A DNA stretch of 64,000 nt from Malacoraja senta. Taxonomy: Eukaryota. The notes beneath the pieces are model-generated. The model did not search any database. It had not been told where the DNA came from and worked only from the letters and a program-made list of their open reading frames with translations. The stretch spans positions 56,482,001 to 56,546,000 of the forward strand of contig CM075978.1 in assembly GCA_038087875.1 (NCBI GenBank), in the 5' to 3' direction. A program made the translations under genes and the position numbers. Positions 24,955-35,116 of this stretch are shown one piece after another; within the stretch, counting starts at the first letter, position 1, and each line of letters starts with the position of its first letter.

Positions 24955-26216
24955 CACATCCTTTTCACCCTACTGCCCTCATTTCCTCTTCCCGTCTCCC
25001 GTTAAGGCCCCTTCCGCATTCTCCTGTCCCACCACATATTCTCACACTCCCTCCCAACCTACCTCCCCCACTCTTGCCAACCACCCCCTCATCACGTCCG
25101 CCAGCTCCCCTCCCCATACGGTCCCGTCGTAGCCCCCTCTCACATCCTGTCCCTTTAACCCCCCTTCCCATCCCCACTCATCATGTGCCTCCAATCCCCT
25201 ACCCCCTTCCTGCCCCACCCTCCCCTTTATCGGACACCCTCCTCTCCCGCAATACCCCTTCCTCCATCCTTCCGACCGTCTCCCCTCGCATCCCTCCGAC
25301 CGCCCCCCCCATTCTCCTCTGACCCCCCCATCCATCTGAACCCTGCCTCCCCTCCCACCGACCCCCTCTCCCCCACACCAAATCCCTTCAACCCTTCCCC
25401 ATTCCTCTGACCCTCCCGTCCCACCCACTCTCTATCCCCCTTCACTTCTCTCCTCTAGCCTTCTTTCCCAATCCATCATCTCTCCTCCCAAAAGTCCTTT
25501 ATTCTGCTCCTTACTCACCCTACTTGAACCCTCTTCCCTTCTCTCCTGCACGAAACATAATTCTCTCACCTACCCCCTCCACCTCACTGCACGCCTCTCC
25601 ACCCTCACCCCTACACTCTCCTCCTCATCCCCTCCCTCCCAACTCCCCCTCGCCTTTCCACCCATCTCACTCTTCCCCTTGCAACACCTCTCCCCCATCA
25701 CTGCTTCCCCTCCCCTCTTCTCTCCCAACACTCCTCCCCCCCCCTCATTCCTCCCCTTTCCCTCTCCCCAATATGCCTCCCTCAGCTACTCATTCCTTTC
25801 ACCACCTCCCCTCTGCTCTTTCCACCCTCACACTCCTCTCCCTCACCTCCTCCTAAACCCATCGCCTCGCTCCTCCACTAAATTACCCCTCCCTTCTCAC
25901 CCTCCCCATATCTTACTGCTCCCTTCCCTCACCACTCCACTCTTCACTGCTTCCCCTCTCCCTCATCCATTCCCCTCTCCTCCCTCATCTCTTCTCCATC
26001 ACCCTTCTCTCTATCCTTCCTTCCCCCAAACTATCTTACTCCCCCTCCCCGACCTCCCCCTCCACTCCCCCTGACATTCCTCCCTCCCCCTCTTTTCCTT
26101 CCCCTCCATTGCTGCTCCCCTTCCCAACCTCAGTCCCCTCCATGACTTCTCCTCCCTCTGTCCTCCCTCCTCCCTCTCTTTCTCTCCACGACCTCCTCAA
26201 CTCCCCTCCCTCTCAC
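24955..26216. repeat. ~1.25-kb C/T-rich low-complexity tract (G/A-rich on the STARD9 sense strand) at the start of intron 1
   Basis: Plus strand is almost devoid of G over most of the tract, with many CCC runs. Confidence 0.9.
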
Positions 26217-26263
26217 CTCTTGCTCAGCGGACGGACCCTCACGGCCACTTTCACATTCGCCAT
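26217..26263 (-). CDS. STARD9: STARD9 coding exon 1 (start codon)
   Basis: ATG at 26263-26261; MANVKVAVRVRPLSK(R); 47 nt coding, then donor gtgaga; the phase-2 junction completes Arg with exon 2. Confidence 0.95.
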
Positions 26264-26555
26264 GGATGAAGACTTAGTTTACTCCACAGGTGTTGCTGTC
26301 ATTCCCCGTGGCCTTGTCAGGCGGCAACCGCCATCCCTCGGTCTGCCCACCTCCCCTCTACTCGGTCCGCATCGCCCACCGCCGGCGCTGGCCGCTCCCC
26401 ACCTCCTCTCTACTCGGTCCGCATCGCGGAGCCAGCTGTCCGTCACGGCGAGGGGCGGGGCGACGAGGGGAGCTGTGATAGGCCGACGGGGGGGCGAGGG
26501 ACGGGCCCGTTGGCTGGGCTGTCAATCATGTGCAGTCCAATGCCTGACAGCTGCA
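26264..26555 (-). promoter_or_regulatory. STARD9 5' leader and GC/CpG-rich promoter
   Basis: CpG-rich; GC box ggggcggggc 26452-26461; PBX/PKNOX decamer TGATTGACAG (minus, 26519-26528); CCAAT 26537-26541; four short uORFs between 26279 and 26424. Confidence 0.7.
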
Positions 26556-26569
26556 AGAAAGTTGCAGCG

Positions 26570-26681
26570 AGGAACTGCAGATGCTGGGTCACACCGGAGA
26601 TAGACACAAAGTGCTGGAGTAACTCAACGGGACAGGCAGCATCTCTGCATAGAAGGCATGGGTCGAGACTGTTCTTCAGAT
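26570..26681 (-). mobile_element. Penelope terminus (pLTR) copy
   Basis: aggaactgcagatgctgg...agtgctggagtaactcaacgggacaggcagcatctct...ttcttcaga. Confidence 0.7.
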
Positions 26682-26824
26682 TCAAGAAACCTTCCTCTGG
26701 CAAGGAGTCCTTGCTGCCCAGTGACGACCTCTTTCTCCCATCTCCAACATTCCTCCTCCTTATGGACTCCCCCTGCCGGCCTCTACACCTTCTTGGGATC
26801 TTATTCTTAATAACTGCACTTTCT

Positions 26825-27074
26825 TGTTTAAGAAGGAACTGCAGATGCTGGAAAATCGAAGGTACACAAAAGTGCTGGAGAAACTCAGCGGGTGCAGCAG
26901 CATCTATGGAGCGAAGGAAATAGGCAACGTTTCGGGCCGAAACCCTTCTTCAGACTGATGTAGGGTGAACGGCCTACATCAGTCTGAAGAAGGGTTTCAG
27001 CCCGAAACGTTGCCTATTTCCTTCGCTCCATAGATGCTGCCACACCCGCTGAGTTTCTCCAGCACTTTTGTCTA
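26825..27074. ncRNA. Foldback element carrying two head-to-head minimal type-I hammerhead ribozyme motifs (minus ~26923-26956; plus ~26981-27014)
   Basis: ~100-bp near-perfect hairpin (arms ~26863-26964 and 26973-27074, 8-nt loop); each arm reads cagt-CTGAAGA-a-gggtttc(a/g)gccc-GAAA-cgttgcc. Confidence 0.72.
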
Positions 27075-27737
27075 ACTGCACCTTCTTGACTTCCCCACTC
27101 CCCCACCCACTCCATTCTCACCCCCCTCTGAACACACTGTCCTCTGCTCACTCAACAACAATACCAACATTGTTCTTAAAGATAGATACAAAATGCTGGA
27201 GTGACTCTGCGGGACAGGCTGCATCTCTGGAGAGAAGAAATGGGTGACGTTTCGGGTCAAGACCCTTCTTCAACCCACCAACAGGGAGGTGCTGTTGTAG
27301 TCTGGCAGGCTGACCCCTACTGTGCTGAGGCCAGGTACCAGCTCTCAGACACCTCCTACCCCTTGCCCGTGACCTCACAGACAACTAGGCTATCATCTCC
27401 CAGACCATTACCCACTTCATCACCTCTGGTCATCTCCCTTCCAGAATCTCCAGCCGTATCATTCCTCAGCCCCGCATAGTCCACTTTTATCTGCTTCTCA
27501 AAATCCACAAACAGACCCATTGTTTCAGTCTGCTCCAGTCTTCCTCAGACCTCATCTCAAAATACCTTGATCACATCCAATCTGCCCTTGTCCAGCTCCT
27601 TCCAACCTACATCCATGAAACCTCACACCCCTTTGAACTCTTTAATAGCTTTAAATTTCTAAGCCCCCATTGCCTCATCTTTGCCATAGAAGTCCAGTCC
27701 CATTGCCTCATCTTTGCCATAGAAGTCCAGTCCAGTC

Positions 27738-28221
27738 CACCCCGATTCTGGCCTCTCTCCACTGGCTCCCTGTGCGGTTCCGAATAAATTTCAAGATCCT
27801 TTTTTATGTTTACAAAACCCTTAATGGGCTTGCCCCCACCTACATCAAAAGTCTGCTTACCCACCACACCATCTCCAGGTCCCTCAGATCGGCTGACTTG
27901 GGGCTACTGAACATCCCGTGGTCTAGGCATAAGCTAGGGGCGACCGCGCCTTTGCAGTTGCAGTTCCTAGACTGGAACAGCATCCCTCTTCCCATCAGAA
28001 CTGCCCCCTCCATCGACTCTTTTAAGTCGAGACTTAAAACTCATCTTTACTCTCAAGCCTTTCTTGACGTCCTCTGAGGGAGGGCTATATGTATGTATTT
28101 ATGTATGTACTTAATGTATGAACCACTGTTGTATAACGTTAGTACCTCCACCAATGTAAAGCACTTTGGTCAACGAGAGTTGTTTTTTAAATGTGCTATA
28201 GAAATAAAAGTGACTTGACTT
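27738..28221 (+). mobile_element. L2 LINE 3' fragment
   Basis: TPILASLHWLPVRFRINFKIL...FKSRLKTHLYSQAF (L2 ORF2 C-terminus); tgtaaagcactttg 3' UTR; (gactt)n tail. Confidence 0.9.
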
Positions 28222-28759
28222 GACACCTCCATCCCCCACAAACGTCTCAATGCCCTCCGGTTCTTCCTTGAACAGAGACCCAGTCAATTTCCCTCCACCA
28301 GGTGCATATTGTCCTCACACTCAAAGCTTCTATTTTGACTCCTCTCACTTTCTCCAAATAAAAGCCGCAGCCATGGGCACTCATGGACCCCAGCAGTGCC
28401 TGCTTTTTTATAAGTTACATCAAACAGTCCTTGTTCCAAATATACATTGGCACCATCCCCCAACTCTTTCTCTATTACATCGACGACTGCATCGGGGCTG
28501 CCTCCTGCACCTGTGCAGAACTCATTGGTTTTATTAACTTTACCACTAACTTCCAACCTGCCCTCAAATTCCACTTGGACTATTTCTGACACCTCTCTAC
28601 TTTTTCCTGATCTCTCTGTCTCCATCACAGGGAATGACTATCGATTGATGTCTGCTACAAACTTACTGATGCCCACAGTTATTTAGAGCACACATCTTCC
28701 TGCCCTGCCTTTGCAAAGACGCAATCACCTTCTGTTAATTTCTCCATCTCCGCCGCATC

Positions 28760-31070
28760 AGGTTCCATCAGCATGTTTCCTGCCAACCAGAGGAAACAAT
28801 ATTCTGGACTTAGTTTACACTAATATTACTGAAGCCTACAAAGCCCTCCCCCTCCCCCACCTTGGTCAGTCTGACCACCTCTGTTCCTGCTCCCCAAATA
28901 CACACCTCTGATCAGACGTGTGAACCTACCACGAGGACAGTGAAGGTCTGGCCTGAGGCGGCTGTCTCTGTTTTACAGCAGCAGTTTCAGCAGACAGACT
29001 GGAGTCTGTTTGCTACTCAGTCCACCTTCAATTCACAAGTGGACATCAACTCATACACCTCAACAGTTATGGACTATATAAAATTCTGCACCGATAATGT
29101 CACTACACACAAAGAAATAAAGACCTTCCCTAACCAGAAGCCGTGGATGAGCAGGGAGGTCAGACTCCTACTGAAGGCTCGCGATGCCGCTTTCAGATCT
29201 GGCGACGCTGAGGGATACAGCTCATCCAGGGCCAATCTGAAAATGGGAATTAGGAATGCCAAACTCAATCACAAACGGCGGATTGAGGAGCACTTCCAAA
29301 ACAACTCTGACCCCAGGCGCATGTGGCAAGGAATCAAATCCCTTGCCGATTACCAGAAAGTTAACACCCCTCCCCCAGACAACGCCACCCTTCCTGACGA
29401 ACTAAACCATTTCTATGCTCGCTTTGACCGGGATAACAAAACCCCAGCCATCAAAGTTGCTCCACCCCCAAATGAACAACCCCTCAGTCTCTCCACCTCT
29501 GCTGTACAAGATGCACTGAGCAAGGTGAATGAGCGCAAAGCTGCCGGCCCCGATGGCATCCCTGGCCGGGTGCTTAGGGCATGTGCTGGACAACTATCCC
29601 CAGTCTTTACCGACATTTTCAATCTCTCACTGGCCCAGGGTGTTGTCCCCACTTGCCTCAAGACATCAACCATCGTGCCAGTGCCCAAACAGTCAGCCAC
29701 AGGGAGCCTCAACGATTTCCGCCCAGTGGCACTCACCCCTGTCATTGCTAAGTGCTTTGAGCGGCTGATCTTGGCTCACCTCAAAGCCAGCCTCCCCCCC
29801 ACACTGGACCCCCATCAGTTTGCCTACCGGGCCAACAGGTCTACAGAGGACGCCATATCGGCGGCCCTACACTCTGCCCTGACCCACCTGGACAACAACA
29901 ACTCCTACATCAGGTTGCTGTTCATTGATTTCAGCTCCGCTTTTAACACTGTCATCCCTGCCAGCTTGATCACCAAACTCAGCGGGCTTGGCATCTCCAC
30001 CCTCCCTCTGCAACTGGACACTGGATTTCCTCACCAACAGACCACAGTCTGTTAGGGTCAACAACCTCACCTCCTCCTCCACTATAACACTGAACACCGG
30101 CGTGCCATAGGGTTGTGTGCTCAGCCCTCTCCTCTACTCCCTCTTCACCCACGACTGCATCCCTAAGTACGGATCCAACGCCATCATTAAGTTTGCTGAC
30201 GACACCACGGTGGTAGGACTGATCAGTGACAACGATGAGTCAGCCTACAGAGAGGAGGTCCAGCACCTGATAACCTGGTGTGCCAACAATAACTCGTCCT
30301 CAACTCCAAGAAGACGAAGGAAATTATTGTCGACTTCAGGAAGGTCAGAGGGGGCAGACATACCCCATCCATATAAACGGGACTGAGGTGGAGCGCGTCT
30401 CCAGCTACAAATTCCTCGGGGTACACATCTCGGAGGATTTGTCCTGGTCCCTCAACACCTCCAAGCTGATCAAAAAGGCACAGCAGCGCCTTTACTTCCT
30501 GAGCAGGCTCAAGAAAGCCCACCTGTCCCCCCAGATCCTGACCAACTTCTACCGGTGTACCATCGAGAGCATCCTGACCACCTGCTTCACGGTATGGTAC
30601 AGCAGCTGCACTGTTGCGGACAGGAAGGCACTACAACGGGTGGTGAAAACCGCGCAGCACATCATCGGTGCCCCGCTCCCTGCCATGGATGCCCTCCACC
30701 GAAAACGGTGTCTGAAACGGGCTGGGAAGATCATTAAAGACCCCTCCCACCCCAACCATGGACTGTTTGCCCTCCTCCCATCAGGGAGGCGGTACAGGAG
30801 CCTCAGGTCTCGTACCAGTAGGATGAGGAACAGCTTCTACAATTATACCGTCGCATTGCTGAACTCGGAGTCCCGCCGATAGATTCCTCTGGTCCCTCCG
30901 TCCCCATTGTTAATTATTCTGTATTTTGATTATTCTGTATCCTCTTTTTTTTAAATTTCTATATTGCACTACTACTACGGACTGACGCAAAACTGCATTT
31001 CGTTGTACCCATACTCAGTATTTGTGCAATGACATTAAAGTTGAATTGAATTGAATTGAATTGAATTGAA
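28760..31070 (+). mobile_element. Rex1/Babar-type LINE, 5'-truncated, frameshifted
   Basis: ORFs 28862-30055, 30117-30386 and 30280-30882 with KAAGPDGIPGR, FIDFSSAFNT, KFADDTTVVG, IIKDPSHP; (ttgaa)n tail 31041-31070. Confidence 0.93.
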
Positions 31071-31477
31071 TCTGCTCCCGAGATGAGACTTTCCATTCAA
31101 GGATATTCGAGATGTCCTTCTTCTTTAGTAAACGTGGGCTTCTCAAGACTGTCATAGATGGATCCCTCACCCATGTCCCCTCTGCGACCTGTAGTTCTGC
31201 TCCCCCACCCCCTACACCCAGATGGAACAAGGATAGGGTTCCCCAGGTTCTCATCTTTAACCCCCACCAACCTCCGCATCCAATACATCACACTCCGACA
31301 TTTCTGTCACCTTCAACATGATTCCACCAGTTACATCTTCTCACCTCAACCCCTTTCTGCCTTCCAGAGACCGCTCCCTCCACAATTCCTTGGTTCACTA
31401 ATCCCTTCCCCTCCAAATCACCCCCACACCAGTACTTCCTCCTGCAGCCACCGGATATATAACATCTGTCCCTATAA

Positions 31478-31992
31478 ATAGAAACATAGAAAATAGGTGC
31501 AGGAGTAGGCCATTCGGCCCTTTGAGCCTGCATTGCCATTCAACATGATCATGGCTGATCATCCAGCTCAGTATCCTGTACCTGCCTTCTCTCCATCCCC
31601 CATGATCCCTTTAGCCACAAGGGCCACATCTAACTCCCTCTTAAATATAGCCAATGAACTGGCCTCAACTACCTTCTGTGGCAGAGAATTCCACAGATTC
31701 ACCACTCTCTGTGTGAAATTTGTTTTTCTCATCTCGGTCCTAAAAGACTTCCTTAAACCCCTTGTTCTGGACTTTCCCAACATCGGGAACAATCTTCCTG
31801 CATCTAGCCTGTCCAACCCCTTAAGAATTTTGTAAGTTTCTATAAGATCCCCCTCAATCTTCTAAATTCTAGCAAGTACAAGCCGAGTCTATCCAGTCTT
31901 TCTTCATATGAAAGTTCTGCCATCCCAGGAATCAGTCTGGTGAACCTTCTCTGTACTCCCTCTATGGCAAGAATGTCTTTCCTCAGATTAGG
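31478..31992 (-). mobile_element. CR1 LINE 3' fragment (young subfamily)
   Basis: DRLDAGRLFPMLGKSRTRG...GEKAGTGY; tail atagaaacatagaaa on the plus strand. Confidence 0.92.
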
Positions 31993-32577
31993 GAAATCCT
32001 CCCTCACTTCCATCTAGTGATCCCAGAAGTCCTTCCAGATGAGGCAGATGTTCATATGCACCTCCTCTAACCTCATCTACTGCATTTGATGTTCCCGATG
32101 TCATCTCCTGTACGTCGGCTAGACCAAGCGAAAGTTTTCTCCGAAAATTTGTGCTCGTACACCATGGCCTAGTGCATTCCCTTGTTTGCTAACCATTTTA
32201 GTTCTTCTTCCATTTCCCACATTGATCTAACTCTCCTGGGCCTCCTCCATTGCCAGGGTGAGACCGCACGCAAACTGGAGGAACAGCATCTCATACTCCG
32301 CTTGTGTAGCTTACTGCACAACCCAATGATAAGAACATTACATTCTCCAATGTTAGGTAACTACAATCCTCCTCCCTTCTTCCCCCACAACCCCCCCCCA
32401 CTTATTTTTCACCCTCTCGCCTCTTTACCCTGTGACTCACCTGCATTCACACCAATTTATCCCCTCCCACCGCCCTTCCACATACATTCCTCCCTCTAGC
32501 TTCACAATTCGCAACTCTTCAATCCTTTTGTCTCACCCCGTCCAAGTGTAAGGATTAGTGAATGCGGCAGCACAGGT

Positions 32578-33989
32578 AGATACAGACCAGTTAGTCTAAC
32601 ATCGGTAGTGGGGAAACTGCTAGAGTCAGTTATTAAAGATGGGATAGCAGCACATTTGGAAAGTGGTGAAATCATTGGACAAAGTCAGCATGGATTTACG
32701 AAAGGTAAATCGTGTCTGACGAATCTTATAGAATTTTTCGAGGATGTAACTAGTAGAGTGGATAGGGGAGAACCAGTGGATGTGTTGTATCTGGACTTTC
32801 AGAAGGCTTTCGACAAGGTACCACATAAGAGATTAGTATACAAACTTAAAGCACACGGTATTGGGGGTTCAGTATTGATGTGGATAGAGAACTGGCTGGC
32901 AAACAGGAAGCAAAGAGTAGGAGTAAACGGGTCCTTTTCACAATGGCAGGCAGTGACTAGTGGGGTAACGCAAGGCTCAGTGCTGGGACCCCAGCTATTT
33001 ACAATTTATATTAATGACCTGGATGAGGGAATTGAAGGCAACATCTCCAAGTTTGCGGATGACACTAAGCTGGGGGGCAGTGTTAGCTGTGAGGAGGATG
33101 CTAGGAGACTGCAAGGTGACTTGGATAGGCTGGGTGAGTGGGCAAATGTTTGGCAGATGCAGTATAATGTGGATAAATGTGAGGTTATCCACTTTGGTGG
33201 CAAAAACAGGAAAGCAGACTATTATCTAAATGGTGGCCGATTAGGAAATGGGGAGATGCAGCGAGACCTGGGTGTCATGGTACACCAGTCATTGAAAGTA
33301 GGCATGCAGGTGCAGCAGGCAGTGAAGAAAGCGAATGGTATGTTAGATTTCATAGCAAAAGGATTTGAGTATAGGAGCAGGGAGGTTCTACTGCAGTTGT
33401 ACAGGGTCTTGGTGAGACCACACCTGGAGTATTGCGTACAGTTTTGGTCTCCAAATCTGAGGAAGGACATTATAGCCATAGAGGGAGTGCAGAGAAGGTT
33501 CACCAGACTGATTCCTGGGATGTCAGGACTTTCATATGAAGAAAGACTGGATAGACTTGGCTTATACTCGCTAGAATTTAGGAGATTGAGAGAGGATCTT
33601 ATAGAAACGTACAAAATTCTTATGGGGTTGGACAGGCTAGATGCAGGAAGATTGTTCCCGATGTTGGGGAAGTCCAGGACAAGGGGTCACAGCTTAAGGA
33701 TAAGGGGGAAATCCTTTAAGACCGAGATGAGGAAAAACTTTTTCACACAGAGAGTGGTGAATCTCTGGAACTCTCTGCCACAGAGGGTAGTTGAGGCCAG
33801 TTCATTGGCTATATTTAAGAGGGAGTTAGATGTGGCCCTAGTGGCTAAAGGGATCAGGGGGTATGGAGAGAAGGCAGGTACAGGATACTGAGTTGGATGA
33901 TCAGCCATGATCATATTGAATGGCGGTGCAGGCTCGAAGGGCCGAATGGCCTACTCCTGCACCTATTTTCTATGTATCTATGTATCTAT
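32578..33989 (+). mobile_element. Young CR1 LINE, 5'-truncated, with an uninterrupted RT ORF (32608-33891)
   Basis: 427-aa frame with [42 protein letters not shown]; (tctatg)n tail. Confidence 0.96.
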
Positions 33990-33999
33990 AAGGCAGTTG

Positions 34000-34590
34000 A
34001 GAAGCATACAGAATACTAACCTTCATTAGCCAGGGCATATAATATAGTAGCTGTAAGGTACAACTTTATACCACTGCTAGAGTATTGTTCTGGTTGCCAC
34101 ATGATAGGATGGACATCATTGTGCTGGCAAGGGTGTAGAGGAGATTCATCAGGATGTTGCCTTGAATAGAGGGTTTCAGTTATGAGAGACTAAATAGGTG
34201 GATTTATTCTCTCTGGAGCAGAGTTGGATGAGAATAACTATTTTTACAAAATAAAGTGGTTTACAAAATTATGAGGGGAATAGTGAGGTTAGATAGCAGG
34301 AAACTTTTTCCCTCTATCAAAGACTATGGCATTGGTTTAGAGTAAAGTTCAAAATGTTTAGAGAGGAACTGAGGAAGAATCTTTTCACCCAGACGGTGGT
34401 TAGAATCTGTCTGCGTGGTGGTAGCAGGTATTCAACAATACTTAAATATCTACATGAGAACTTGAACCATCAAGACAAAGACTAATGATCAAGTGCTGGT
34501 AAATGGGATTAGTATAGATATATACTTGATGGTCAGCATGGCCATGGTGGGCCGAAGGGTCAGTTTTTCAGCTGTAGGATTAATGCTATG
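34000..34590 (+). mobile_element. Old CR1 3' fragment
   Basis: Degenerate CR1 C-terminal and 3' UTR sequence (ggagattcatcaggatgttgcc, cttttcacccaga, ggtcagcatgg..gggccgaaggg). Confidence 0.65.
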
Positions 34591-35116
34591 ACTACTGCTC
34601 GGCTCCAAGCTCCCTCCCATCTTACTCCCTTCAAAGCCAAATTAGCCAGGCTAGATAAAGTAACTCATCTCGCCTAGCTAACCAGGAGGATAGATAATAA
34701 CTCATCATAAGGGACATTCTGTGACTATACAGAAGCTGTTGCTTATGGCCTCTGCGAATGGATTTAGTGAGCCAAGTGCCAGTTTACAGGATTCTCCCAA
34801 TCCTCATCCTGTCCTGGTTACCAAGTTGGAGGAACCCCTCGGGTTCGGAAACAGAAACCCAGCAGGAAAATGATAGGGGCATTAAATGCTCCTTTTTATT
34901 TGATTTGCAGGTTGGGCAATATCATCTAACAATTGGAAGCCCTGCACAGCATTCACAGTCCATCGAGGACAAACCCTAAGCCATCATGGCTTCATGTCAC
35001 ACTGCAGAGACACACAATATACTGACACCTGAGCACTAAAATGCTGCTCCGCTGTAGGTGCCATCTTTCTGTGAATTAATAAATGCACACCCATCTAATG
35101 TCAGAGGTAAAATCAA

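Larger units (their letters stand above)
27180..32540 (+). mobile_element. Penelope-like element (RT + GIY-YIG), degenerate, split by three LINE insertions, with an upstream inverted pLTR
   Basis: Inverted pLTR 27180-27271; RT pieces GGAVVVW...EARYQLSDT, LQIKAAAMGT, YIDDCIG; C-terminal piece LLGLLHCQGETARKLEEQHLILRL; segments ~27272-27737, 28222-28759, 31071-31477, 31993-32540. Confidence 0.85.

Noticed and set aside
24947-26603. Many Pro/Ser-rich and Gly-rich ORFs
   Set aside because: Artefacts of the C/T low-complexity tract, which lacks stop codons; no domain similarity
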